A stretch of 61,770 bases of DNA, counting the filler. It is 8 parts of 8 records of this genome, joined end to end, with 100 filler letters (N's around TTAATTAATTAA, not from the genome) between each part and the next. Parts side by side here need not be neighbours in the genome. Positions count along the whole stretch, not along the records: positions 14,887 to 25,683 come from SRR31147125_3027; positions 25,784 to 32,055 come from SRR31147125_3035; 6 more parts are not named here. The stretch is one strand, 5' to 3'. Within the stretch, counting starts at the first letter, position 1, and the number at the start of each line of letters is the position of its first letter. Of the stretch, positions 17,468 to 28,266 are shown piece after piece. Under the pieces are notes generated by a model. That model searched no databases. It saw nothing but the letters and a program-made list of their open reading frames with translations, and was not told where the DNA came from. The position numbers were made by a program, and so were the translations under genes.

Positions 17468-19564
17468 TTAATGAATTACTCCAATCTCTCCCACAGAAAT
17501 TTGGTTTCCACCTTCTACTTCCGATTTGGCTACCAATTTGAGGTAACGCGATTCGGTTGATTTAAAAAACTTCGCTTGTAAAACCGGGTTGTTGCGAATA
17601 TTAGAAAATTCGCCTGCCGATTGTTTCTGCCAACGTTTTTTATCCTTGCTGGTGAAAAACTCGTATTGATAGATTAGATTCAAACCATTTCCAATTTGGC
17701 GCGGCATGTAGGTAAAACCTTTAATAGTTTGCAGCTCGCCCATATCAATTATTATCGACATTGGCAGTTTATTATCTTTTTTCGAAGTCCAAACAGAAGC
17801 AGGATTTCCATCAACCAAATTATCACTACCATCCAAATTATTTTCACTAATTACCAGAACTTTCCAAAAGGCTTTTGCTTTTCCGTATTTGGCAAGCGTT
17901 GTTTCACTTTGGCGCTTTTCGTTAGCACAAAATGCAATGGCTTTTATATTGGCCGATTCCGAGCACATAAACGAACCTGCATATTTTTCAGATGCAGAAG
18001 TTGGCTCGCTGCCATCGAGCGTGTAATAAATATCGTAGTCTTCTACTGTTGTTATAGTAACCCAACCTTTTTTATCTCTCGAAACCGATGGTGTTTTAAT
18101 CAAAACCGGAGCATTGTAAACCTCAATTGTTGAGATAAGCGGACAAGCTCTTGCATTGGTAATATTAATGCGTAAAGCGCTTGCATCAACTCTTTCGGTA
18201 CGCAAAATACGTTTGTAGCCAATGGTAGTTTGGTTGGCAATTGTCTTCCATTCTCCGTTTATTTTGGCTTCAATATTAAAGTTGCGTACACGTTGCCCCA
18301 ATGCTATAAATTCCTGCAAAAGTATACGGTTAAAAGCTGTTGGCTGGTTGAAATCGAAAGTTAAGGAAGCCGTTGTAACATTATCGTCGGTGGCCCAGTA
18401 GGTATTTTTATCGCCATCAAGCACATTTTTAGCTTTATATGTTTTACTGTTTCCGCGGACGTTGCTTGCTACTATTTTTGACTTAGAAAGCAATTCGGTT
18501 TCAAAATCTTGTTTGATTTGGGCAGCCCAGCCCTTTAGGCGCGCTTCATCAATTTCGTGCACCAAACCTCTGCGGTCAACCGGAAGGTTTAATAGCAAAC
18601 TGGCATTTCGTCCTACTGATTTGTAATAAATATCCGTTAAGTGTTCAACTGTTTTTACTTTACTATCTTCAACCTGATGGTAGAACCATCCCGGCCGAAT
18701 GGAAACATCGGCCTCGCCGGGCACCCATTTCTCTCCATCTTCGTGTCCCGACATAAATTCTTTGTAATGTACTTTCCCTGCCAATTCATCTTTTTGGCGC
18801 AACATGCTCCAGTTGGTAGGATTTGCCTCACCATGCTCGTTTCCAATCCAACGTGCTTCCGATGGACCAACACCCCAAACCAGGGTATTTGGCGACCATT
18901 CATAAATTAGTTTATAGGTTTCTTCCCAGTTATAATAAATTAAGGTATTTATTTTTCGGCGTTCGTTGGCTCCTCCGTAATAACCAGTTCCGCCATTTGC
19001 TCCGTCGAACCACATTTCGAATACCTCGCCATAATTGGTTAACAGCTCGTGTAACTGGTTTCTGAAATAAGTTACATACTCTTCTTTTCCATATCCCGGA
19101 TGATTTCGGTCCCATGGTGAAAGGTACAAGCCAAATTTTATTCCGTATTCTTTACAGGCCTCGGAAAGTTCGCGCACCACGTCGCCTTTACCGTCTTTCC
19201 ATGGCGACTGCTTAACCGAATGGTCGGTGTATTCCGATGGCCATAAACAAAAACCATCGTGGTGTTTTGCTGTTAAAATTATGCCTTTTAAACCGGCCTC
19301 TTTTACTATACGTGCCCACTGTCGGCAATCCAACTCAGTTGGGTTAAAAATTTCAGGCGACTCATTGCCAAAGCCCCATTCTTTATTTGTGAATGTGTTT
19401 GTAGTAAAATGTACGAATGCGTACATTTCCAAATCGTGCCAAGCCAGTTGCTTTTCAGAAGGAATAGGATAACACGGTTCCGGTGCAGGAGTTTTATCTT
19501 TACAGCTAACAAAACAGCCCAAAACCAGAAAGACCAGTAAAATTTTTAATGTTTTCATATTCAT
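17468..19564 (-). CDS. Alpha-L-fucosidase GH29 with F5/8 (CBM32-like) and FN3-associated domains
   Basis: AKHHDGFCLWPS, LSPWDRN, WFDGA and SIRPGWFY, plus a lipoprotein signal. Confidence 0.92.
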   Translation of the reverse strand: MNMKTLKILLVFLVLGCFVSCKDKTPAPEPCYPIPSEKQLAWHDLEMYAFVHFTTNTFTNKEWGFGNESPEIFNPTELDCRQWARIVKEAGLKGIILTAKHHDGFCLWPSEYTDHSVKQSPWKDGKGDVVRELSEACKEYGIKFGLYLSPWDRNHPGYGKEEYVTYFRNQLHELLTNYGEVFEMWFDGANGGTGYYGGANERRKINTLIYYNWEETYKLIYEWSPNTLVWGVGPSEARWIGNEHGEANPTNWSMLRQKDELAGKVHYKEFMSGHEDGEKWVPGEADVSIRPGWFYHQVEDSKVKTVEHLTDIYYKSVGRNASLLLNLPVDRRGLVHEIDEARLKGWAAQIKQDFETELLSKSKIVASNVRGNSKTYKAKNVLDGDKNTYWATDDNVTTASLTFDFNQPTAFNRILLQEFIALGQRVRNFNIEAKINGEWKTIANQTTIGYKRILRTERVDASALRINITNARACPLISTIEVYNAPVLIKTPSVSRDKKGWVTITTVEDYDIYYTLDGSEPTSASEKYAGSFMCSESANIKAIAFCANEKRQSETTLAKYGKAKAFWKVLVISENNLDGSDNLVDGNPASVWTSKKDNKLPMSIIIDMGELQTIKGFTYMPRQIGNGLNLIYQYEFFTSKDKKRWQKQSAGEFSNIRNNPVLQAKFFKSTESRYLKLVAKSEVEGGNQISVGEIGVIH

Positions 19565-19582
19565 AACTATCTTATTTCGTGA

Positions 19583-21130
19583 TTATTTTTCTTTTAAGAA
19601 TTCGATTTGTTTCCAGAATTCCGAGCCATCATTTTTTTGCTGTTCACCTTCAGTACTTCTGCCATTAAATACAATTTCGCTTAATTCTGAACGGAATTGA
19701 TTTACCAGCTCAGGATGCTTGTCTGCCTTATTATTCTCTTCTGCCACATCATCCTTTAAATTAAACAATTGAACGGATGGAAGTACTTTTCCCATTTGCT
19801 CAACTTGTTTGGGCGTTGGATAACTCCACCCTGCCGAGCCCGAACAAAAACAAACTTTCCAGTCGCCACGACGCAAGGCAAAATTTCCATAACCAGAATG
19901 CTGCACCATACTTTCGCGTTGTGTTTTATCTGAATCGATACCCAAAGCCGAAAGCATACTAAATGAATCTTCGCCTTCATTATCATGAAGCTCCATGGCA
20001 AACAAATCGGTTAGCGTTGCATAAAAATCCGTTGTTGAAACCAACTGCTTGCTTTCGCCACTTTTTATTTTTGCCGGCCAGCTCACAAAAAATGGCACGC
20101 GGTGTCCGCCTTCGTAAATGTCGGCTTTGGTACCTCGGAAATCGCCACTCGGGTTATGTCCTTTCGAAAGAAGGTGCTCGTAATTTGCCACCGGTGAACA
20201 TCCGTTATCGCTGGTAAAAACAATTAGCGTATTCTCTTCTATTCCTTGTTCTTTCAGTGTTTTTGTAATTTCTCCAACCACCCAGTCAATCATTATTACG
20301 AAATCGGCATAAGGACTATCGATACCACTTTTCCCCTTAAAATCGTCGGTTGGCAGAATTGGCAAATGCGGTGCAGGCATCGGAAAGTACAAGAAAAAAG
20401 GACTTTTCTGTTCAGCTTTCTCTTGGATGTAAGCAACCGCTTTTTGCGTTATTTCGGGCAAAACCTGTTCGTGATTGAAATCTTCAGAACAAACTCCCGT
20501 ACGAAACCATCCATATTTCGAGCCACCATCGTCGGCAATTTTGCTAGGAACCATTGTTGGCTGGTCGTTTTCAACCCAAACGTAAGGTGGCATGTCCAGC
20601 GAGCCACAAAATCCATAGAAATAATCAAAGTCTAAAGTAGTAGGCCCGTTTTTAATGGGCTGAGCAAAATCAACACTGTCCTTTCCTTTATCAATACCGT
20701 GCCAGTCCCACCCCAGGTGCCACTTTCCAATACAAGCCGTTTCATAACCTTGTGTTTTCAGAACTGTTGCCAAAGTTGAACGTTGCGGCTTAATCAAAGA
20801 TTTTCCGTAGCCGGTAACCACCCACGATTTCAATTCGGTTCGCCAATTATAACGGCCGGTTAAAATACCATAGCGCGTTGGCGTACAGACAGCTGCGTTG
20901 GTATGCGCATCGGCAAAAACCATCGACGCCTCTGCCAACTTATCTATTTGAGGTGTTTGAATTTTCCCGTTCGGATTTAAGCACGAAACATCGCCATACC
21001 CCAAGTCATCGGCAAGAATATAGATGATATTGGGATTATCGTTCTGCTTTTTGCATTTATTACAGGCCTGAAATACTATCAGCCCGAAAATTAAATATAT
21101 AATAATTGATTTTTCCCTTAGTTTGTTCAT
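19583..21130 (-). CDS. Formylglycine-dependent sulfatase (S1 family, Cys-type)
   Basis: PNIIYILADDLGYGD, CTPTRYGILTGR, GKWHLG and SDNG. Confidence 0.93.
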   Translation of the reverse strand: MNKLREKSIIIYLIFGLIVFQACNKCKKQNDNPNIIYILADDLGYGDVSCLNPNGKIQTPQIDKLAEASMVFADAHTNAAVCTPTRYGILTGRYNWRTELKSWVVTGYGKSLIKPQRSTLATVLKTQGYETACIGKWHLGWDWHGIDKGKDSVDFAQPIKNGPTTLDFDYFYGFCGSLDMPPYVWVENDQPTMVPSKIADDGGSKYGWFRTGVCSEDFNHEQVLPEITQKAVAYIQEKAEQKSPFFLYFPMPAPHLPILPTDDFKGKSGIDSPYADFVIMIDWVVGEITKTLKEQGIEENTLIVFTSDNGCSPVANYEHLLSKGHNPSGDFRGTKADIYEGGHRVPFFVSWPAKIKSGESKQLVSTTDFYATLTDLFAMELHDNEGEDSFSMLSALGIDSDKTQRESMVQHSGYGNFALRRGDWKVCFCSGSAGWSYPTPKQVEQMGKVLPSVQLFNLKDDVAEENNKADKHPELVNQFRSELSEIVFNGRSTEGEQQKNDGSEFWKQIEFLKEK

Positions 21131-21164
21131 TTTGTAATTCTTCAATCGATTATTGTTTCTTAGT

Positions 21165-22805
21165 CTACCACCAAGGCACCATTTTTACCTCACCAATCGA
21201 GATGTCTTTTTTCTCTATTAACACTTTTACGTGGTTCTCAATACGCTTGTAAAAAGCTTTATCTTCTAATACTTTGTGTTTATTCCAAGCCAGTTCGGCA
21301 AGCGGAAGTACACGTGGGAACATCATACGCTCAAAATTTTCCATGGCATCGAAACGTACCTGGCCGCTGCTGTCTAATCTTCCATGCTCTCCCCACACAC
21401 AAGCCTGAATTCCAAGTATTTTTTCTTCGTATTTCTCAGGAACGAAGTGCAGTGGTTGATACTGGTAAACATCTTTTTCGGAACGGCGCTCGTAAGTAAT
21501 ATCGAAATACACGTTATTAATCGGTGTCATAATCATGTTATTCCCGTTTTTTAATACAGATTCAATAATTTCCTTGTCGTGCTTGTGCCCGTTCCAAAAC
21601 ATTACCGTTGTTGATGGATTAATTCCGCCCTGCATTATCTCGTTCCAGCCAATCATTTTCCGGCCTTTCGAAATAATGTGCTGCTCCAAGCGCTTTACAA
21701 AATAACTTTGCAGTTTTTTCACATCTTCCAGATTTTCATCTTCCATACGCTTAAGGCAATGCTTACATTTCTCCCAACCGTGTTTATAGGCCTCGTCGCC
21801 ACCAATATGAATATATTCCGATGGGAACAATTCCATCACCTCGTCGAATACATTAGTTAGCACCTCGAAAGTTTCTTCCTTTCCGATACATACCTCGCGG
21901 TTGGCATCCCATTGGTATTGCTTTAATCCCTCTTTGTTTCGCCTGTTGTAATCTAAGCCAAACAGTCCTTTATGCGGATTTGGCAAAGTATCAATACTTG
22001 TGCAGCGAAGCTCGGGAAAGGCCGCAAGAAAAGCTCCGGCGTGTGCAGGCATATCTATTTCGGGCACAACATCGATATACATTTCTTTTGCGTATTCCAG
22101 AATTCGTTTAATGTGTTTGTGTTTATAATACGTTCCATGTCCCTGTCCATTTCCCTCGCCCAGCCATTTGCTGCCAATTACCGAATATGGGCCTCCATAC
22201 GAACCAATTTCTGCCAAATGCGGATATTTTTTTATTTCCACGCGCCAAGCCTGGTCGTCGGTTAAGTGCCAATGCAAGGTATTTAATTTGTAGTAGGCCA
22301 TCATTCGCAAAATCTTTTTTATTTGCGCCTCGGGATAATACGTTCGGGCAACATCAATATGCAAGCCGCGCCACTGAAACCCCGGATGATCTTTTATCTT
22401 CTGACATTCGATGGTGTTATCGGTTGCCTGATCGGCCAATTGCAACAAAGACTGGATTCCATAAAAAACGCCCTTTCCATCGGCTCCCGAAATTTCGATA
22501 TTTTCTTTTTTAATGTCTAAGCTGTAGCTCCCCGATTTTCCAATTTCTGCGTTGATATTCAATTTTAACGTTGAATTACCATTTTCATTTATGTGAAGCT
22601 CCGTTTTAAGCAAAGTTGCCAGTACGACAAGCTCTTCATTTTTTTCATTGAAATCAATTTTTCCTAAATCAGGAAGTAAAAAATATCCTTTTGAGTAGGT
22701 TACTTCTGAAGGCGTTGGAATAATACGCGCTGCAGTTGTTTGCCCAGATAGCTGCCCAAAACCCAATAAAATTATAAGGGTATAAAAAATTCTCTTCTTC
22801 TTCAT
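21165..22805 (-). CDS. Beta-N-acetylhexosaminidase GH20
   Basis: WRGLHIDVAR, HWHLTDDQAWR, PEIDMPAH and catalytic HIGGDE. Confidence 0.93.
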   Translation of the reverse strand: MKKKRIFYTLIILLGFGQLSGQTTAARIIPTPSEVTYSKGYFLLPDLGKIDFNEKNEELVVLATLLKTELHINENGNSTLKLNINAEIGKSGSYSLDIKKENIEISGADGKGVFYGIQSLLQLADQATDNTIECQKIKDHPGFQWRGLHIDVARTYYPEAQIKKILRMMAYYKLNTLHWHLTDDQAWRVEIKKYPHLAEIGSYGGPYSVIGSKWLGEGNGQGHGTYYKHKHIKRILEYAKEMYIDVVPEIDMPAHAGAFLAAFPELRCTSIDTLPNPHKGLFGLDYNRRNKEGLKQYQWDANREVCIGKEETFEVLTNVFDEVMELFPSEYIHIGGDEAYKHGWEKCKHCLKRMEDENLEDVKKLQSYFVKRLEQHIISKGRKMIGWNEIMQGGINPSTTVMFWNGHKHDKEIIESVLKNGNNMIMTPINNVYFDITYERRSEKDVYQYQPLHFVPEKYEEKILGIQACVWGEHGRLDSSGQVRFDAMENFERMMFPRVLPLAELAWNKHKVLEDKAFYKRIENHVKVLIEKKDISIGEVKMVPWW

Positions 22806-22815
22806 TCTGTTTCTA

Positions 22816-24330
22816 TTATTGAATTGCTTTATGATTCACGCTTTTCCCCGATCGTTTTATCTCATCCAGCTTTTGTTTCAGCTCTTCAACAAGCTCAGGA
22901 TAACGAATGAATTCATTAATAACTTCCATTGTATCGGTTTCGATTTTGTATAGTTCGCCTTGATTGGTGGTAGTTTCGAAATTCCCTTTCATATCAATAT
23001 ACTTCCAGTCGCCTTTGCGAATGGTATAAATTCCCCAAAACGAATGGTTAACCACAGCTTCGCGTTTTGGCATTTTTGCTTCAGTATCGTTTAAAATATG
23101 CAAGAAACTTTCGCTGTCTTCGGCTGTATTTTCATCAATCGAAACATTTAGAATTTCGGCAAGAGTAGCATACAAGTCAACCGAGCAAATGGTAGAATTG
23201 CTGCTGCTACCAGCCTTAATTTTATATGGCCAACGTACCATGAACGGCACATGAAATCCGCCATCGTAAAAGCCCGCTTTACGTCCGCGCCGACCGTAAT
23301 TTGAATCGTGAGCAAACTTTTCAACTTCGTGTGGCATTCGATCCGAGCCATTATCAGAAGTAACAATTACGATGGTATTTTCGCGCACACCTGCATCGTC
23401 GATACTCTGCAGTACTTTCTTAATCATGGCATCAACCATCAGTACAAAATCTCCATAATAACCGGCTTTCGATTTTCCTTTAAATTCGTCTGTGGGTACC
23501 CAGGGAGTATGTGGCGCTGTCATTGAAAAAAACATAAAGAAAGGCTCATCCTTTTTAGCCAGCTTCGAAACGGTTGTGGTAACCTTTTCAGTAAAATGGC
23601 CTAACACATCAACATGTTTATAGCCTTTTGCAGTATCTCCGTCTCTAAAGTTTAACCCGCGGTTTTCTTTCTTGGTCATTCCATAAGGTCGGCGCTCAAT
23701 CTCTCCCTGAATCACTCCATTTTCGATGTAGCAATGTGGAAACATATCTAGTGAGCCTGGAATAATATAACCATAATCGAAACCATGGTAGGTTGGGCCT
23801 CCGGTAACCGGTTTCGAATAATCAATATTTGCTGAAGATTCAATCTTCCATCGTTTCCCTTCGACTAAAGGCTTTGTATTATCAATTTTTGAAAAATTTA
23901 CCCCCAGATGCCATTTCCCAATACAAGCTGTGTTGTAGCCTTGCCTTTTTAGCATTGAGGCAACGGTTTCGCGGCCACGTTCCAACACCTCCGGCTCGTG
24001 TGCTTCAATTACTTGAGACTTGAGACTGCCGCGCCACGAATAGCGTCCGGTTAAAATCGTATAACGCGTTGGCGTACATACCGACGAAGCCGTTAATGCA
24101 TTGGTAAAAGAAATGCCTTCTCTTGCAAAAGCATCTATCGCTGGTGTTTGAACTTTACTTTCCGTGTTTAGGCACGAAACATCGCCATAGCCCAGGTCGT
24201 CAGCCAGAATGTAAACAATGTTGGGTTTTATCGCTTGGGATTCTGGCTCTGCATTACATCCGCAAAGCCCCAATAAAACAAATGCACCAGCGCAAAGTCT
24301 GGTGCTTTTTAATAAACTCATACTTTTCAA
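22816..24330 (-). CDS. Formylglycine-dependent sulfatase (S1 family, Cys-type)
   Basis: PNIVYILADDLGYGD, CTPTRYTILTGR and GKWHLG. An alternative start is ATG 24321. Confidence 0.93.
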   Translation of the reverse strand: MKSMSLLKSTRLCAGAFVLLGLCGCNAEPESQAIKPNIVYILADDLGYGDVSCLNTESKVQTPAIDAFAREGISFTNALTASSVCTPTRYTILTGRYSWRGSLKSQVIEAHEPEVLERGRETVASMLKRQGYNTACIGKWHLGVNFSKIDNTKPLVEGKRWKIESSANIDYSKPVTGGPTYHGFDYGYIIPGSLDMFPHCYIENGVIQGEIERRPYGMTKKENRGLNFRDGDTAKGYKHVDVLGHFTEKVTTTVSKLAKKDEPFFMFFSMTAPHTPWVPTDEFKGKSKAGYYGDFVLMVDAMIKKVLQSIDDAGVRENTIVIVTSDNGSDRMPHEVEKFAHDSNYGRRGRKAGFYDGGFHVPFMVRWPYKIKAGSSSNSTICSVDLYATLAEILNVSIDENTAEDSESFLHILNDTEAKMPKREAVVNHSFWGIYTIRKGDWKYIDMKGNFETTTNQGELYKIETDTMEVINEFIRYPELVEELKQKLDEIKRSGKSVNHKAIQ

Positions 24331-24340
24331 TTCTATTCTT

Positions 24341-25683
24341 CTATTTCTTCAATGTAATTTCGAAAGTGTAGATTGGACGATCTGTTTTATTTTGTGGAGT
24401 AATCTCCAAACCAGATTCCGATAAATTGTATTCAATTTCATACTTGCGATCGAGGCTCTTAACGGCCTGAATCTCCTTGTAATCAATTTCCGAAATATCC
24501 AGTTTGTAAAGCTCTCGTTGATCAAAAAAATGGACATACACTTTGTTTCCTTTTTGCGTAAAACGAACCTTATCGTAACCAAAAATTTTAAACGGTCGAG
24601 TTCCATAAATCGCATCTCCATTTACCTGCATCCAATCTCCTATTCCTTTTAATCGCTCAATAGTTAGCGGAGAAAGTGTTCCATCGGGTTTTGGGCCAAT
24701 ATCCAGCAAAAAATTGCCGTTTTTACTAACTACATCTACCATCGTTTCCAAAAGTTGGTCTACAGTTTTGTATTTATTGGCACTTTCTTCAGTGCGGTCG
24801 TAGCCATAAGAATGTGCCATCCCTCCGCTACTTTGCCAAATTTGCTCGCGAATGGTCTTGTTTTGCAGGTAATCTTTTTCATCAACACCACACCCCTCCG
24901 GGTAATTATTGCGTGTCCATTTTTTATTGTTCCAATAAACACCTTTGCCCCATTCTTCTGCCATATTTAAATATTCGGCAATCATTTCGCAGTGATATTT
25001 ATTCATAAAACGATCAACAGCGGGAGCATCGGGCTTTTTACTGTTGCTCGGCGCATCATCAAGCCACATAAAATCGGGTTGATATTTTTCGCATAGTTTA
25101 ATAAATCGAGCCTTGTAGTCTTTCATAAAATTTTCAGAAAGAGTAAATGGACCGTACAAATCAGCACATTCAGGAACCTTTTCTATCTCTTGTTTTATGT
25201 AATCCAAAGGCTCGCTATCCGAGCGGTAATCATTTAAACTATTGGTGTAAAATCCCCAATGTCGCTCGCGATGATAGCTGATTCCATATTTTATTCCCTG
25301 CTTGCGAATCGCTTTGCCAAGGGTCTTAATAAAATCGAATTTGGGCCCCATTTTTACACTGTTCCAATTGCTGTAAGGATTGTCCCACATGCTAAAGCCA
25401 TCATGGTGTTCCGCTGTTGGGATAACGTATTTTGCTCCTGCGTGGTAAAAAAGCTCTACCCACTCTGTAGCATCAAAATTTACAGCCTTAAACATTGGAA
25501 TAAAATCCTTGTAACCAAATTTGCCTAATTTACCATAGTTTGCTTCGTGATGCTTTATAAACGATTGATTCCTGTACATCATCGTTGAATACCATTCGGC
25601 ATATTGTCCTCCATCGCTCCATCCTGGAACAGAATATGGCCCCCAATGAATAAAAATTCCAAATTTGGCATCGCGAAACCATT
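24341..25683 (-). CDS. Alpha-L-fucosidase GH29, 5' truncated at contig edge
   Basis: The frame continues upstream of 25582 as WFRDAKFGIFIHWGPYSVP. It has AEHHDGF and VSKNGNFLLDIGP. Confidence 0.9.
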
Positions 25684-25783
25684 NNNNNNNNNNNNNNNNN
25701 NNNNNNNNNNNNNNNNNNNNNNNNNNNTTAATTAATTAANNNNNNNNNNNNNNNNNNNNNNNNNNNNNNNNNNNNNNNNNNNN
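25684..25783. other. Artificial contig spacer
   Basis: N44-TTAATTAATTAA-N44. Confidence 0.98.
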
Positions 25784-25906
25784 ATAATCGCAAGGATTCG
25801 ACAAATCGAGCGCTGCCTTTAGGCAGAATAAGCGAGATGCGTCCGATATCCCTCTAGATACGCCATACAAACAGGCATCACCGCAAGGGTTCTGATGTAT
25901 AGGCAC
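25784..25906. other. GC-richer multi-hairpin non-coding element cut by contig end (structured RNA or mobile-element end)
   Basis: Adjacent stems CTGCC-TTTA-GGCAG, TATC/GATA and CATCA-CC-GCAA-GG..TGATG, with an abrupt return to AT-rich sequence after GGCAC. Confidence 0.35.
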
Positions 25907-25991
25907 TTTAAATCATGCTAGTTTATCTTTCTAAATCTTTGTTTTTACTCGCTTTCTTAGGAAACGGTATTGGTCTTGGGTCAATAAAGTC

Positions 25992-26369
25992 CTAAAACTC
26001 CTCTGGGGACATAACGTTAATCACAATGTTGTCTTCCACTTGTTCTTTAGTAAACTCATATGGTATTTTAAACTTCTCTATATACTTTTCAATCTGTTTG
26101 TCAGATAGCGATATCGTTTCGCCCATACCGTTATCACCAACAATCAAAAAGTCACCACAGATTATCTCATTACCTATCAGCCTGTTTCCTTTTAGTCCAA
26201 TTAGTTTTCCCTCTTCATTTAGAACTGCATTTGCGTTGCTGCCTACTGGATAAAACTCAATAAGTCCTCCAACAGCTTTTTGCAATTCTCTAAAGTCATT
26301 TTCTATCTCAATTTCTTTCGGTGCTTCACCTACCTTTATTTGCAATGCTTTTACTTTTTCTTCTGTCAT
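25992..26369 (-). CDS. DUF3846-like protein of conjugative elements
   Basis: LQKAVGGLIE...NEEGKLIGL.GNR...IICGDFLIVG...ISLSDKQI pattern. It overlaps the stop of the ArdC-like gene (ATGA). Confidence 0.8.
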   Translation of the reverse strand: MTEEKVKALQIKVGEAPKEIEIENDFRELQKAVGGLIEFYPVGSNANAVLNEEGKLIGLKGNRLIGNEIICGDFLIVGDNGMGETISLSDKQIEKYIEKFKIPYEFTKEQVEDNIVINVMSPEEF

Positions 26370-27294
26370 CTTACCATCCTCTCGTTTTCTCTTTTAACAA
26401 TTTGATCTATGGTTTCAATTCCTAATTCCTTATCAATCGACTTTGTAATCTCATCAGCGCATTTTGAAATTGTTCCAAGCGAACTCATCAATTCCTTAGT
26501 GCTTTTATCACTACTCCAACTAGCAATATATCCAAATGAGTATTCCGATGTATCAACGCCATACTTACTGCAAACTAAAAAAGCAATAGATTCTGCTTGA
26601 ACCTCTCGCTCCCTTGATGTATATTTACTCTTAATATCACTATATAATTTCGCATGTGCAATCTCGTGAATTAATGTTTTAAATATCTGGCTATCACTCA
26701 TACCAAGTCTAAGAGCTATATATTTTTCTTCTATATGATAATATCCGTTTGATTTTCCAACTGGTTTATCGCAAAAAGTTGGCACTGGTGATATGCTTTT
26801 TACTGCTTTAATAGCTCCTTTTATATCATCAGAATTATCATTAAGTTCCTTTGCTAGCCTAGGCAGTTCTTTTCCATTCGTCTGTTCTATATCAAAGATA
26901 TTTCCAACCTTGAATGACAAGCCTTGCAGTTCTTGCTCTTCGGTAATCTTCTCACCTTTTTCAGATATCCTTTCGATATTTCGGCTATATTTATATGGGA
27001 TCGGTACTATCACCTTGATTCCCTTTTCGCCTTTAACAATTTTTCTGCCAAGCTTCTTCCACGTCTGAAAGCTTGCTACATGACTTGCATTCGTTTTCTG
27101 CATCAAAATCAATATCGTATTGTTGATGCTGTAGTTGTGAAACTTTGAATATATTTTTAGAAACTCAGCATACTTATCACTAGAAAAGACACTCTTTATA
27201 CCTTCTTCAAGGCGTTTAAAAATGTCGTGCTGTTCCTGTTGTTGTTTTTTGCTATATAATCCTCTTTGGATAGAGGATAATTTGTTTGGGTCAT
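26366..27294 (-). CDS. ArdC-like ssDNA-binding/zincin antirestriction protein, with a -1 frameshift near its 5' end
   Basis: FHNYSINNTILILMQ, ASFQTWKKLGRKIVKGEKG, HEIAH and EVQAESIA. The likely true start is ATG 27294 with an AAAGGA RBS, and the frame changes at A6 (27245-27250). Confidence 0.8.
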
Positions 27295-27376
27295 GTAAAT
27301 TCCTTTCTTAACATAAAAATAACATCACCTTTCGATGATGCTTGAAATTTAATGTTTAGTTATATAGATATTTATT

Positions 27377-28258
27377 CTATGTTTGTATTCTACATTTGCG
27401 AAGGTTATATAAAGCCAATAAGCTAAATACTAAACACACTACCGCAAATATAGGCAGTGGTAATTCAGACATTGGCACTGTAGTGCTGTGGTGTTTTGCA
27501 TTAAGAAAAAGATATATAGTAAGAGCAGTTAAAGTCTCAAATGCCATCACTATAATACCTATAGTAAGTATAGCTCCCAATGCCTTTTTTTGAAGTAGTA
27601 GCACAGCACCGGTTATTGAAAATACAGCATATATACTTAAATCTGTTACATTAAGTTCAGCCGTAGTATATATGCTCACATCAGGGTGGATAGTACCATT
27701 TACCAATACGCTAAAATCTATTATTAGCCATGTAACTATAAAGTAGAAAGCGAGTATCATTGCAAATATAGATAGTGTCTTGATAGGTAGTTTGCTAATA
27801 ATGGTGCTCGTTATCTGCTTATATGTGATTTCCTTTACAATGGAAACGACTGTAAATATGCTCAGTACAAACATTATCATATATAGCAAGAAGTATTCAT
27901 TATGTGCTGTTCCTATGCTGGATATTATAAAACTATATATTAGGAAAAACAAGGATGCTATTAAAAGAAAGAAGCCTATCATCCTATTTTTAATATATAG
28001 CACCAGCCCAACTATCATAATGACATTACCAATGCATAGATAGAATATATCATATGCTCGCATCATCAGTGCTTTGTCTACTATATCATATTTGTATAGT
28101 CCCTCACCACCGTATATAGTCACATTTTCTCCTCTTACAGAAGTGAATTCATATGGAGCGCCACCATCATCCAGAAGTATTGCACCAATAGACATGCCAA
28201 CTAGTAGCACTAGCAATATACAACACATTACTATTATTATTAGCTTAGATTTTTTCAT
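27377..28258 (-). CDS. Hypothetical polytopic membrane protein
   Basis: About 8 hydrophobic segments and an FTSVRGENVTIYGGEGLYKYD loop. The start is taken at MKKSK. Confidence 0.75.
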   Translation of the reverse strand: MKKSKLIIIVMCCILLVLLVGMSIGAILLDDGGAPYEFTSVRGENVTIYGGEGLYKYDIVDKALMMRAYDIFYLCIGNVIMIVGLVLYIKNRMIGFFLLIASLFFLIYSFIISSIGTAHNEYFLLYMIMFVLSIFTVVSIVKEITYKQITSTIISKLPIKTLSIFAMILAFYFIVTWLIIDFSVLVNGTIHPDVSIYTTAELNVTDLSIYAVFSITGAVLLLQKKALGAILTIGIIVMAFETLTALTIYLFLNAKHHSTTVPMSELPLPIFAVVCLVFSLLALYNLRKCRIQT

Positions 28259-28266
28259 TATTATTC

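Noticed and set aside
16851-25528. Many 60-145 aa ORFs antisense or out of frame within the glycan-degrading genes
   Set aside because: They are shadow ORFs overlapping well-supported genes and have no motifs. The same applies to similar ORFs in the other contigs.
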